DNA of 64,000 nt from Candidatus Thorarchaeota archaeon (lineage in GTDB: Archaea; Asgardarchaeota; Thorarchaeia; Thorarchaeales; Thorarchaeaceae), in the NCBI GenBank assembly GCA_003345545.1, contig PRDH01000039.1, forward strand, positions 64,001-128,000, given 5' to 3'. The notes beneath the pieces are model-generated. The model made no database searches. It was not told the DNA's origin and saw only the letters and a program-made list of their open reading frames with translations. Position 1 is the stretch's first letter. Every line of letters begins with the position of its first letter. The position numbers and the translations under genes were made by a program. Positions 1 through 9,477 of this stretch are shown here, piece after piece.

Positions 1-275
1 ATTTCACAGCCATTGGCTTTTTCATTGAAGAAGATGCAGCATGTGCTCTCCACCGCTCCCTCCAGTGGTTTTCGCGCTGTTTCCAAAGACATAGGATCTT
101 CCCCACTCTCAGGCAATGTCAGTGACATGCCTGGTAGGATGTTCATGAGATACCCCTGCGCAGTCCATCTGCCCAGATCTCCTAGAGTGACGTATACATG
201 GGGTCGGGTATGACAGGCTCTTGTCGTACATTTTTGTTCGAGGCATTTGAAGTTGTACTTAGACTTCTCAGACAT
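1..275 (-). CDS. YkgJ-like (CxxCxxCC) Zn/Fe-chelating cysteine-cluster protein, truncated by the window edge
   Basis: Not in the ORF track; my translation from ATG at 275 is MSEKSKYNFKCLEQKCTTRACHTRPHVYVTLGDLGRW...CCIFFNEKANGCEI. It shows an F.C..C...C motif, vtxxDlxR and C.F......C.I. A GGTGA SD lies upstream. Confidence 0.7.
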   Translation of the reverse strand, partial: MSEKSKYNFKCLEQKCTTRACHTRPHVYVTLGDLGRWTAQGYLMNILPGMSLTLPESGEDPMSLETARKPLEGAVESTCCIFFNEKANGCE

Positions 276-448
276 CTTCATCACCGAGACTCGGTATCCT
301 GTCCTTGTCGTTATTATGAAGACTTTAATGTTTTCGAAATAGCTAAAACATCTTCAATTCCTTCCTCTGTCGGCAGGTTTTTGTATAGCCAAAAGGCGGG
401 TGATGCTCGCCTCAAAGATAACATCTGTCTTGATTCGGAGTACTCAAA

Positions 449-712
449 ATGGCTCAGAACTCATGCTACGACAATGATATCCAGAACGTCTTGATGAAGT
501 CTGACATCTCTTCCAAAAATCTATCGCAGGAAGATGCCGAAACCAAATTAGTTCAATACGGTCCGAGTGAGCTCGTGAATGCTGATGCGTTCAATCCTCC
601 GATGATGTTTCCGGAGCCATTCAGGAGGCCTATGGCTATGCTCTCTATGATATCTGCTGTGGCCGCACTTGGGGCACGAACTAAGGGTTTGCGAAACAGC
701 GGAGGCGACTGA
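449..712 (+). pseudogene. Degenerate stand-alone N-terminal fragment of a cation-transport P-type ATPase
   Basis: NVLMKSDISSKNLSQEDAETKLVQYGPSEL aligns with MVLNVLDSSHEGLNQDEAAARLEQHGTNEI of the downstream ATPase. Its stop codon overlaps the ATPase start. Confidence 0.55.
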
Positions 713-3477
713 TGATGACCGAGTCGTGGCACACACTGGAAACTGAAATGGTCCTTAATGTATTGGACAGCTCCCACGAGGGCCTCAACCAGGATGAAGC
801 GGCAGCCCGCCTTGAGCAACATGGAACAAATGAAATCATGATTGCACAGAGAGGTTCCGCAATCCGGATGTTCATTAGACAGTTTTCAAACATCCTCACA
901 ATTATTCTTCTCGTGGCTGTTGTAGTCTCTTTTGTCGTAGGAGAAGCGGTAGATGCTGCTCTCATTATGGTCATTGTGCTCTTTTCGGCATTGCTTGGCT
1001 TTTCTCAAGAGTATCGTGCTGAGAAGGCTTTAGATGCTCTACGGCGGATGCTTACTCCCACTTCGGTCGTGCTCAGAGATGGACGACCTGTGGCAGTGGC
1101 AAGCAAGGAGATTGTACCAGGAGACATCTTAATTCTGAAGGAAGGAGATCGACTTACTGCTGATGGTCGCGTGCTAGAGTCTATCAATTTGAAAATAAGT
1201 GAGGCGGCAATTACTGGGGAGTCTGTTCCTGTACAAAAAAGCGCTTCACTTCTTCCTGAAGATACACCGCTCGGTGACAGACGCAACATGGTGCTCTCGG
1301 GCACCGATGTCATCTACGGGAAAGGAACTGCTGTCGTTGTGGCAACGGGCTTGAACACTGAATTCGGAAAGATTGCAAGTCAGGTCGCCACTGTGAAGAA
1401 GGAAAGCACTCCTCTTGAGAAGCGAACGAGAGAGATCGGCTTTTGGTTGGGGACTATTTCGCTGTCAGTGTGTGGCATAGTCATCGCCATTGGTCTTCTC
1501 AGGGAGTTTTTCATTAGGGGTTTCATTGAAACTACTTTCGCTGTCCAGATGCTATTGTTCGGAATCGCACTTGCTGTGGCAGCAGTCCCGGAAGCATTGC
1601 CTGGTGTTGTTACCGGAAGCCTCACAATAGGAATGCAGCGCATGGCTCGTCAGAATGCATTGGTCAGAAGAATGGCGGCAGTAGAAACACTGGGATGCAC
1701 TAGCGTTATCTGCTCGGACAAGACTGGCACGATAACTCATGGGGAGATGACGGTCAGAGAGGTGTACCTCCATGGTGCCACTCTTAGCGTCAAAGGTGAA
1801 GGATATGACCCCGTGGGTGAAATCGTTCCAACAGATTCGGATGAATCAATCCTAAAGCAAGACCGATTCCGCATGTTGATGGAAGCCTGTGTTCTCTGCA
1901 ATGATGCACGGCTTGAACAGGCTGATGGTCGCTGGAAAGTGCTGGGTGACCCCACTGAGGGTTCCTTGATTGTTCTGGCAGAAAAGGCCGGAATCAATGC
2001 CGAACTCCTTAGGTCTCAGCATCCGCGTATTGGTGAGGTTCCATTCAGTTCAGACAGAAAAAGGATGAGTACCTTGCACTCAACTGCGATCGGCACTACT
2101 CTGGTGTTCACCAAGGGCGCTGCTGAGGTTGTCTTGGACAAATGCAGCCACGTTGCTGGTGATAGTGGTCACGAGCAGATGACGCCTGCCATACGAGACG
2201 CCATACTTGAGAAGACCTCCGACATGGCAGCTCGAGCTCTTCGGGTCTTAGCTCTTGGCTACTGTGAAACTGGTCTTCTTGATATGACAGACGAGGATGC
2301 TGTAGAGCACAACCTGACTTTCCTCGGTCTTGTCGGAATGATTGATCCGTCAAGGAAAGATGCAATTGACGCGATTGGGATATGCAAGTCTGTGGGCATC
2401 CGCCCAATTATGATAACAGGTGACCATAAGCTGACCGCAGTCGCTATCGCAAATGAGGTTGGAATTCGCCAGCCAAATGACCTAGTCCTGACAGATACGG
2501 AATTGCAGGAGCTTTCTGACCCGGACTATATGAATCTCGTTGATAAGGTCACTGTCTATGCGCGCGTGTCGCCATCGAGCAAACTCAAAATTGTCCAGGC
2601 TTGGAAGCGACGTAACGAAGTGGTAGCAATGACCGGCGATGGAGTCAACGATGCACCTGCGTTGAAGCAGGCTGACATAGGTGTCGCCATGGGAATCACT
2701 GGCACCGACGTCACGAAGGAGGCTGCCGACCTTGTGCTGGCTGATGACAATTTCGCGACCATCCAGAAGGCAGTCGAACTCGGCCGATGGATATATGACA
2801 ACATCAAGAAGTACCTTGCCTATCTGCTGAGAGCTAATCTCATCGAGATTATAGTCTTGTCAGCTGTCGTCCTCATCGGTTATCCATTGCCGTTACTTCC
2901 TGTTCAGGTGCTCTACATCAACCTTGTCACAGATGGACTTCCCGCCATTGCACTCGGGCTGAGTCCCCCCGATGCAGACATCATGAAGAGACCGCCAAGA
3001 AATCCAAATGAGAGCATATTCTCCAGGGATGTCAAGCAGTTCTATGTCATCACTATACTCATTCAGGTTCCCTTATTCCTGTTCGCCTTCATGAGTACGG
3101 CTCCCCTTGGAGTCGCCGTTGATGATCCTTCAATGGTAGCAGCACGTACGCTCCTATTTTACCTGTTCGTGTTCTGCGAGCTGACTCTGGCTCTCACATG
3201 TCGGTCGCTGAAATACACTATCTGGGAGGCACGACCTCACAGACTACTTGTAGGCTCTATCGTTTTCAACATAATTCTGACCGTAGGACTCTTTGGCTTT
3301 GTCCCTGGTGCGGCAGAAGCCTTTGGTATTGTCCCGCTGAGTTTGATGGGCATAGAGATAATCATCGGCGCTTGCCTAATATCACTCTTGGCCATTGAGG
3401 GACTAAAGCTAATAACTCGCAGGAATAACAACAACAACACAAATCGACTCAACACGATGATGACGATAGATCGGTGA
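712..3477 (+). CDS. Cation-transporting P-type ATPase (P2A, Ca2+-ATPase-like)
   Basis: TGES, PEAL, CSDKTGT phosphorylation site, KGA, MITGD, TGDGVND and NLVTDG motifs; ~10 TM segments. Confidence 0.96.
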   Translation: MMTESWHTLETEMVLNVLDSSHEGLNQDEAAARLEQHGTNEIMIAQRGSAIRMFIRQFSNILTIILLVAVVVSFVVGEAVDAALIMVIVLFSALLGFSQEYRAEKALDALRRMLTPTSVVLRDGRPVAVASKEIVPGDILILKEGDRLTADGRVLESINLKISEAAITGESVPVQKSASLLPEDTPLGDRRNMVLSGTDVIYGKGTAVVVATGLNTEFGKIASQVATVKKESTPLEKRTREIGFWLGTISLSVCGIVIAIGLLREFFIRGFIETTFAVQMLLFGIALAVAAVPEALPGVVTGSLTIGMQRMARQNALVRRMAAVETLGCTSVICSDKTGTITHGEMTVREVYLHGATLSVKGEGYDPVGEIVPTDSDESILKQDRFRMLMEACVLCNDARLEQADGRWKVLGDPTEGSLIVLAEKAGINAELLRSQHPRIGEVPFSSDRKRMSTLHSTAIGTTLVFTKGAAEVVLDKCSHVAGDSGHEQMTPAIRDAILEKTSDMAARALRVLALGYCETGLLDMTDEDAVEHNLTFLGLVGMIDPSRKDAIDAIGICKSVGIRPIMITGDHKLTAVAIANEVGIRQPNDLVLTDTELQELSDPDYMNLVDKVTVYARVSPSSKLKIVQAWKRRNEVVAMTGDGVNDAPALKQADIGVAMGITGTDVTKEAADLVLADDNFATIQKAVELGRWIYDNIKKYLAYLLRANLIEIIVLSAVVLIGYPLPLLPVQVLYINLVTDGLPAIALGLSPPDADIMKRPPRNPNESIFSRDVKQFYVITILIQVPLFLFAFMSTAPLGVAVDDPSMVAARTLLFYLFVFCELTLALTCRSLKYTIWEARPHRLLVGSIVFNIILTVGLFGFVPGAAEAFGIVPLSLMGIEIIIGACLISLLAIEGLKLITRRNNNNNTNRLNTMMTIDR

Positions 3478-3520
3478 GTTCATAGCACCATACTCAACTG
3501 ACAGGAGAAGATTAGAGGCA

Positions 3521-4363
3521 CTATGAGGGCAACCTTTTCTCCAGCCACGCTGCCAAATCAGCCATGACTTGGTCCTTTTCAGGCTCGACATGAAGCTCGT
3601 GATAGAGGCCCTCATAGAGTTTCCATGTCTTGTCCTTCGAGGATAGCCTATCGAAGAATACCTTGTTTTTGTTCGGGTCAGTGGCTTTGTCAAGACCTGC
3701 CTGCTGAAGCAGAACGGGGAGTGTAATTAGTGATGCAGAATTGAATGCATCTTCTGATGCTCTGAGACCTTCAATGCCAAACCTCGCTGTGACTCTCTCG
3801 AATCTCAAGGGGTCAGTCTCATGATCTCTTATCACACTGGGGTTCCTGCTCAAATCACTGTAGTTCAGATTGCTGTCGAAGTATTTTTTGATATTCAGGA
3901 TAGAGAGAAGATGCCCCGCAAGACGCTTGCCGGTGCCAATACCAAGTGTCTGACTGACTGCTGGCACTTGAAGTATGAGGCCATCGATGTCTCGAGGATA
4001 CTTGGCTGCATACCTGACTGCGTTGACTCCTCCGAGCGATGACCCGAACAGGAATGCAGTTCTGTTGAGGTATCGGTCCTTGGCTTGCATTATCAGATTC
4101 TGAATGTCTTCGACATATTCATCGAAGTTCATGACATGCCCTTTCAAAGCAGAATAGTGCCCAAAGCCACGCATATCCGGTATGAAGACAGCGATTCCCT
4201 GTTCTGCAAAATACTCCCCAATGTTCTTGAAGTCACCAGCATGACTACCCAGCCCGTGGATGACTATCAGAAGAGCCCTCGGGTTGTCATTGTCAGGACG
4301 CCATACCGCCAGGAACATACTTGTCCCGTCATATCCGCTGTACTTCGTTTCCTCGTACTGCAT
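3521..4363 (-). CDS. Alpha/beta hydrolase, lysophospholipase/monoacylglycerol lipase family
   Basis: HGLGSH, DMRGFG, GSSLGG nucleophile elbow, catalytic D (AGLDK) and H (LYHELH). Start adjusted to MQYEE. Confidence 0.9.
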   Translation of the reverse strand: MQYEETKYSGYDGTSMFLAVWRPDNDNPRALLIVIHGLGSHAGDFKNIGEYFAEQGIAVFIPDMRGFGHYSALKGHVMNFDEYVEDIQNLIMQAKDRYLNRTAFLFGSSLGGVNAVRYAAKYPRDIDGLILQVPAVSQTLGIGTGKRLAGHLLSILNIKKYFDSNLNYSDLSRNPSVIRDHETDPLRFERVTARFGIEGLRASEDAFNSASLITLPVLLQQAGLDKATDPNKNKVFFDRLSSKDKTWKLYEGLYHELHVEPEKDQVMADLAAWLEKRLPS

Positions 4364-4456
4364 GACTACCACTGTTCGCTTGTGGTGACTCTCCACTATT
4401 TATCTTAGTGCGATGAGAGGAGAAACATGACCCTGAGTGTCACCTCAGTCATCAGA

Positions 4457-5338
4457 CTAGAATCTCATCGGTTTTGGCTCATCGCCTGAATAGTCATAGA
4501 AGCCTCTTCCAGATTTTCGACCCAGCCATCCTGCTCTGACCATCTTCCGTAGTAATGCCGGTGCCCTGTACTTACTATCTTTGAACTCATCGACAAAGTA
4601 GTCACTGATGTAGAGTGCTGTATCGAGACCAACGAAGTCGAGCAATGTCAACGGACCCATGGGCCAGTTAAGACCCAGTTTAACCGCCAAATCCATGTCT
4701 TCTACGGTGGCCACACGTTCTTGAATGGCAAAGACTGCCTCATTGAGTGCTGGTACCAGTACCCTGTTGACAGCAAAACCTGGCGCCTCGTTGACTATCA
4801 CGGTCTTCTTTCCGGCCTTGTGGGATACATCCTCGATTACTTTCACAGTGGCCTCCGCAGTTGCCTGCCCCTTTATGATCTCTACGAGACCCATAACTGG
4901 AACCGGATTGAAGAAGTGCATTCCTATGAATTTCTCAGGTCTCTTTGTGACTGCGGCCATCTGGGTGATACTGATGCTGGAGGTATTCGAAGCGAGTATG
5001 GCACGTTCGGGTGCTGCTCCATCGACTTCCTTCCAGGTGTCTAGTTTCAGCTTGACAACCTCAGGAATTGCCTCGATAACTAGATCAGCATCCTTCACTG
5101 CGCTCTTTAAATCGAGAACACCTTTTACCCGTCCCAAGATTGCATCTGCTTCGTCTTGACTCATCTTGCCCTTGGAAACCCCACGATCAAGATTCTTCTT
5201 GATTGTTGCTAGTCCATTATCTACGAATTTCTGTTCAATATCTCGCATTTTGACCTCATAGCCAGCTTGTGCGCAGACATGGGCTATTCCATTTCCCATC
5301 TGTCCGGCGCCTAACACTGCAATCTTTTTGATTTCCAT
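4457..5338 (-). CDS. hbd: 3-hydroxybutyryl/3-hydroxyacyl-CoA dehydrogenase
   Basis: GAGQMGNGIA, EAIPE, SNTSSIS, GMHFFNP, PGFAVNR, PMGPL and GRKSGRGFY motifs. Start at MEIKK after a GAGGTGA SD. Confidence 0.93.
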   Translation of the reverse strand: MEIKKIAVLGAGQMGNGIAHVCAQAGYEVKMRDIEQKFVDNGLATIKKNLDRGVSKGKMSQDEADAILGRVKGVLDLKSAVKDADLVIEAIPEVVKLKLDTWKEVDGAAPERAILASNTSSISITQMAAVTKRPEKFIGMHFFNPVPVMGLVEIIKGQATAEATVKVIEDVSHKAGKKTVIVNEAPGFAVNRVLVPALNEAVFAIQERVATVEDMDLAVKLGLNWPMGPLTLLDFVGLDTALYISDYFVDEFKDSKYRAPALLRKMVRAGWLGRKSGRGFYDYSGDEPKPMRF

Positions 5339-5456
5339 GATATCACCTCGTAGTACGAATACGAAACGCCACTCGTTCGATGCTGCCACTAAATATGTCT
5401 ATTGATAGAAGGCTGGAATCCAGCAAGAAGTGAACTCACGAGAGTGCAATGGACGT

Positions 5457-6086
5457 TCATATTCTCTCATACCTGAATGCACAGCGCTTGTCACCTGACG
5501 CAATGGTTTCCTTGCGGGTGAATCTTATCCAGGTGTCGACGACGCTAGCAAGAATGCCATCATACTCGCAAAGGATTGGCCCCAATTCAGGTCTCCCTGC
5601 TTCTCGCAGGATATCAAAGTAGAAACATCTCTGAATATCAAATCCGAATTCTTTGTCGTTCTTGTGGACCTCAATTAGCTTGAAGAACTCATTTTCATAG
5701 TTTGCCTTGTTTCCACTTCGGACCCATTCTGTGAAAGCATTCCATGGGTCTTTGCTCTGCTTGAAACCGGCTGCTTCCGTTTCAAAGAAACCCAGCAACA
5801 TCTCTCTATAGATTGCAAGAACTGACTTCCTCAGTTGCGAATACGATGCTTTGCCTTCTCTGAGTACATCATCGACGGCCATGACAAAGAGCGAGTTGAT
5901 GCCGTGCCTCTTTGCCAATGGATTAGGCATCATCTGGCTGTAGTTGTTATAGTGTATCCTGAACTGCCTATCATACAGCTTATGCAGAGCTTCTCCTCTC
6001 TGCTGGCCAAAGAGTCTGGTGAACTCCTTTCCTGCCAAATCGGAAAAATAACCAATGAGTTGTTGAGATTGAGATACCTCGGTCAT
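5457..6086 (-). CDS. ATC-hydrolase-family (V4R-like) protein
   Basis: FDIQRCFY...PELGPILCEYD...RKETIASGDKRCAFRY pattern. Confidence 0.75.
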   Translation of the reverse strand: MTEVSQSQQLIGYFSDLAGKEFTRLFGQQRGEALHKLYDRQFRIHYNNYSQMMPNPLAKRHGINSLFVMAVDDVLREGKASYSQLRKSVLAIYREMLLGFFETEAAGFKQSKDPWNAFTEWVRSGNKANYENEFFKLIEVHKNDKEFGFDIQRCFYFDILREAGRPELGPILCEYDGILASVVDTWIRFTRKETIASGDKRCAFRYERI

Positions 6087-6159
6087 CGTCTTCCGTCTTC
6101 TTTGCGGTTGTTAAAGGAGTTTGGGATACTTGCATGTTTCTCTCGGATATCACTCTTGC

Positions 6160-6233
6160 CGTGAGTGGTCACCATGTGGTCAGATTCGTGGTCAGTCCAG
6201 CTCAGAAGGGGCATATCTTGTGACCACTCCACG
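6160..6233. repeat. Inverted repeat GAGTGGTCAC/GTGACCACTC with three GTGGTCA direct repeats, the first within its left arm
   Basis: Perfect 10-bp arms at 6163-6172 and 6220-6229; GTGGTCA at 6165, 6176 and 6188. Confidence 0.6.
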
Positions 6234-6584
6234 ATGGGTTGTGAATCATTATGACTAGGGACAGTCAAACACGCAATCGTAACTTGAAATACGGATATCA
6301 TAGGTACGTTCAAATCGCTGACGCACTGGCCCACGCCTTTGCCTATAGAAGGTGAGTGAATTTTCGGTGACGAAATGGCAGAGAGCGCCCCAACTGCATT
6401 CCCGATCAGTGATTGCTGACACATACTTTAGAAAGCAGTCCATCACGGCAGTATCCAGCTCTGCTCCCTTCAAATGTGTCCTCGGAATGGTCTATGCAAA
6501 ACACTCAATATTTCAAATAGTATATGAAGCAAATTCTTGCGTACTGGAAAATGTTTATAATAAACCGTTCACAGATTTTGGTTT

Positions 6585-6787
6585 GTCAGTCAAACCTTAT
6601 ATGCATCCGAAGCACAGCGAATGCGCGACCGATATCGGCGTCGCAAGACGTTTCCGAATAGTCTTGGTGTTTCACTTGCACATGCATCAAATGAATCTTC
6701 TATCTGCAAAGTGGTCCCGGTCGAGCGGCCTTGGGACCGCTGCCCTAAAATGGAGTGTTGACAGAGATGAAACTCACTGTTGCTGAC
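6585..6787 (+). ncRNA. Candidate structured ncRNA or leader RNA (copy A)
   Basis: Nested helices GTCAAAC/GTGTTGAC, ATGCAT/ATGCAT and GAAGCAC/GTGTTTC enclose two hairpins; also GTGGTCCC/GGGACCGC. G-U pairs favour the + strand. TTTATAA box at 6554. Confidence 0.45.
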
Positions 6788-6879
6788 CAATGGCATGGCT
6801 CACGAGCCATAACACAACTAGGATTTGCATTGAAGAAACTTCTTCTCAGGAAGACGCATACCCGCAGGAGCAAGGAAAT

Positions 6880-8418
6880 ATGGGTCTATTAAAATCGTTT
6901 CTCGGTCTGCCAGAGGCGACAGACAAAGTCTTGCACTTGGCAAAAATCATGGCCATCCTCGGACCTCTCGCCAATTTCACTTTCGTGCTCTCCACGACAT
7001 TCTATGTGATTTTTGTTGCAGAGGCTCTTGGCGGCGGCTCCGGTATGTACCTTCAAGGTATGGGTCTTGTTGGAACTCTTGTAGTTGTTCAGATGGTTGT
7101 TCAGACGATGCTGGACTACCCGACGGGTGCAATCGGAGATTGGATTGGTCAGAGATGGATCATTGCATCATCCTGCATATGCTTTGCTGTGTCCTTCATC
7201 ATGCTTTCTTTTGTTACCACTTCAACACCATTCCTGTACTTGGTTGTGGTCTACCTTCTAGCTGGAATTGCGGCGTCTCAGCAGAGCGGCGCTTTCAGCG
7301 CCTGGTTCGACAACAACTACCGTGTAGCGATGCCTGGTGACTCCGATCGGAAGCAGTATGGTGTATTCTTGGGTCGCACGGGCATGGTAATGCAAATCGT
7401 TGCGACTGCGTCCTTGATTCCTGGGAGTATTCTTGCTGTGTTATTCTCAAGACCTTGGGTATTCCAGTTTCAAGGTGTTCTTGCCCTAGTCTTGGCTTTG
7501 ATTTCATTCCGTCTGGTCAGAGACTTTCCAGAGGTCGAAGCGCAGCGAATTGAGCGACCAGATATGGGCGAGTACATTTCGATATTGAAGGGCGGCGTGA
7601 GTTTTCTCTTCAGATATCCCTTTGTGAGGTATATCGTTATGGGAGGCATGCTTGCTACGAGCAGCATAATGGTGTGGGGCAATCTAATCCTCTTTCCGAT
7701 GTACTATCTATATCTTATCACAGATGTTGCTGTGGCTAGTTTCAGGACGCTCCTCTTTTTGCCAGGCATTCTTGCACAGGAACGTTCTGGCATTTGGTCT
7801 CGAAGATTTCAGCCAAAGAAATGGATTCCACGTTTCCGATTTATGGAAACCTGTGGATTTGTCTTCTTCTGGCTATTTGCGACGATCATGTATCTCTTCC
7901 CACCCGTCGCTGGTGAGTCTTCCAACATCATCTCAATCTATTGGCCGTTCACAGGGATTCAGCTGTTGACCCTTCCTCTTGAGAATCTCCTGCCAATCGT
8001 TCTGATTTTCACTATATTCGTCACTACGAGCTTCTTCGGCGGCTTTGCGGATGTCTTGACCCAGAGAGTGCTATTAGACGTGATTCCAAATCGCATTCGG
8101 AATAGCATGTATTCACTCTATCCAACCATCGCCACAATCTTCGCGATTCCTCAAATCGCTCTCTTCGGATGGCTAATCATGATCATTGGCTTTCCGTTGA
8201 CTCTGGCTGGTTGCGGTATAGTATCCCTTGTAGGCGTCATTATGATAGTACATGGTTTTAGACATGAGCCTCCAGAGCGCGAGGAAGCTACATGGTCCGA
8301 TAGAGGCCCGGCACTAGACCAATCAACAGGTGCCACAACTCGGGATGAAGTAGAGGTCGAATCAGAGCTACTTGATACAATTGAGCAGTTGCTCGACGAT
8401 AAACCCCCCAAAGACTAG
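6880..8418 (+). CDS. MFS transporter
   Basis: DYPTGAIGDWIGQR (MFS motif A), ~12 TM helices, acidic C-terminal tail. Start adjusted to MGLLK. Confidence 0.88.
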   Translation: MGLLKSFLGLPEATDKVLHLAKIMAILGPLANFTFVLSTTFYVIFVAEALGGGSGMYLQGMGLVGTLVVVQMVVQTMLDYPTGAIGDWIGQRWIIASSCICFAVSFIMLSFVTTSTPFLYLVVVYLLAGIAASQQSGAFSAWFDNNYRVAMPGDSDRKQYGVFLGRTGMVMQIVATASLIPGSILAVLFSRPWVFQFQGVLALVLALISFRLVRDFPEVEAQRIERPDMGEYISILKGGVSFLFRYPFVRYIVMGGMLATSSIMVWGNLILFPMYYLYLITDVAVASFRTLLFLPGILAQERSGIWSRRFQPKKWIPRFRFMETCGFVFFWLFATIMYLFPPVAGESSNIISIYWPFTGIQLLTLPLENLLPIVLIFTIFVTTSFFGGFADVLTQRVLLDVIPNRIRNSMYSLYPTIATIFAIPQIALFGWLIMIIGFPLTLAGCGIVSLVGVIMIVHGFRHEPPEREEATWSDRGPALDQSTGATTRDEVEVESELLDTIEQLLDDKPPKD

Positions 8419-8579
8419 GATGGGCAGAACCACCACTCAGATGGCTCCTCTCTTTTGCCTGTATCATCTCAACAGAGTAAAGTTAATAGACGCCTGCGTG
8501 AAATCTCGCTAGGTGTTCTAATTTGAGCGATAGGCCAGGATTTCTTGTGGTTTCCCAATCGGGATCGGGCCTTCAGACA

Positions 8580-9425
8580 ATGGACTATGAGAGGAAAATG
8601 GTCCTTGCGAAGGATGTAAAATTCGCTGGAGAAGATGGTTCTCTCGAGCTGACTGATGTACGCCTCGTTTGGTACAAAGCCCCGAAGAAAACGAGCGGTC
8701 TGAAGAAGTTTGGAGCAATCGCTGGTGCAGTGGCTGGAGCCGCGCTCCTAGAAGGTGCTGGCAGGCAGCTGGGCGGCATTGGCGGGAGTCTCGTGCGTGG
8801 CGCAGGCCGGGGGCTAGGATATGTTGCAGTCGGTACTGCTGTGTCTCGCTGGACATCTGATTCATTCTATAACAAAGACGCCAAAGGAAATACAGAGAGT
8901 ATTGCAGTGCCCCTCCTGGCAATTGCCCAGGCAACACAGAGTGGTAATAAGCTCATTGTAGAGCTGAAGGCCGGGGGCAACATGCAGTTTGAGTTCAAGG
9001 AGAATAAAATGATTCCATCGATTGTTGCCAATGTTGACACAGCCCAAGACCAAGGCAAGTGTCCATATTGCGGAGCCGGAGCTGGTAATGTGTCAGCTTG
9101 TCCGAGATGTGGAGCTGCACTTGGAGGAAGTGGGCAAACCAGTAGCGGTGAAGCAGGAGCAGCGCATGTTTCCACAAGTGGTGGTTCTGGTAGACCTACT
9201 CATATCGATATCGGCCCCGCTGGAGGCGGCGGCGGCTCCGGATCAATGCGCATTACCTACTCAGTCGATAATGATGAGAGTGGCGAACCTAAATCAGTCG
9301 ATATAGACTACTCGGGCGATAAGGCAAGCAGTGGCAAAGGCGCTGGAGGATATTGTCCCAATTGCGGACAGCCCTATCCAGTCGGTGCCAGATTCTGTAA
9401 TGCGTGCGGGCAGAAGCTTAGTTGA
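8580..9425 (+). CDS. Zinc-ribbon protein with an N-terminal PH/GRAM-like domain and a Gly-rich insert
   Basis: GSLELTDVRLVW; CPYCG...CPRCG and CPNCG...FCNACG double zinc ribbons. Confidence 0.65.
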   Translation: MDYERKMVLAKDVKFAGEDGSLELTDVRLVWYKAPKKTSGLKKFGAIAGAVAGAALLEGAGRQLGGIGGSLVRGAGRGLGYVAVGTAVSRWTSDSFYNKDAKGNTESIAVPLLAIAQATQSGNKLIVELKAGGNMQFEFKENKMIPSIVANVDTAQDQGKCPYCGAGAGNVSACPRCGAALGGSGQTSSGEAGAAHVSTSGGSGRPTHIDIGPAGGGGGSGSMRITYSVDNDESGEPKSVDIDYSGDKASSGKGAGGYCPNCGQPYPVGARFCNACGQKLS

Positions 9426-9437
9426 TTCAGTTTTCTT

Positions 9438-9467
9438 GAAAAGGTTCCTCTACTGAGGAACCTTTTC
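9438..9467. terminator. Bidirectional hairpin terminator between convergent genes
   Basis: Perfect 13-bp stem GAAAAGGTTCCTC-TACT-GAGGAACCTTTTC. Confidence 0.7.
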
Positions 9468-9477
9468 TTCCTCTTCT

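Noticed and set aside
3424-3444. AAC microsatellite (poly-Asn) at the ATPase C-terminus
   Set aside because: Short, in frame and in a disordered tail; no evidence of phase variation.
6716-6754. Resemblance of GGTCGAG...GCCCTAAAATGGA (and the copy B equivalent) to LSU rRNA next to the GTPase centre
   Set aside because: Only short scattered matches; flanking rRNA sequence is absent and pairing partners differ.
6083-6796. Short ORFs in the 6.1-6.8 kb gap
   Set aside because: Overlapping ORFs on both strands with atypical composition and no motifs; probably spurious.
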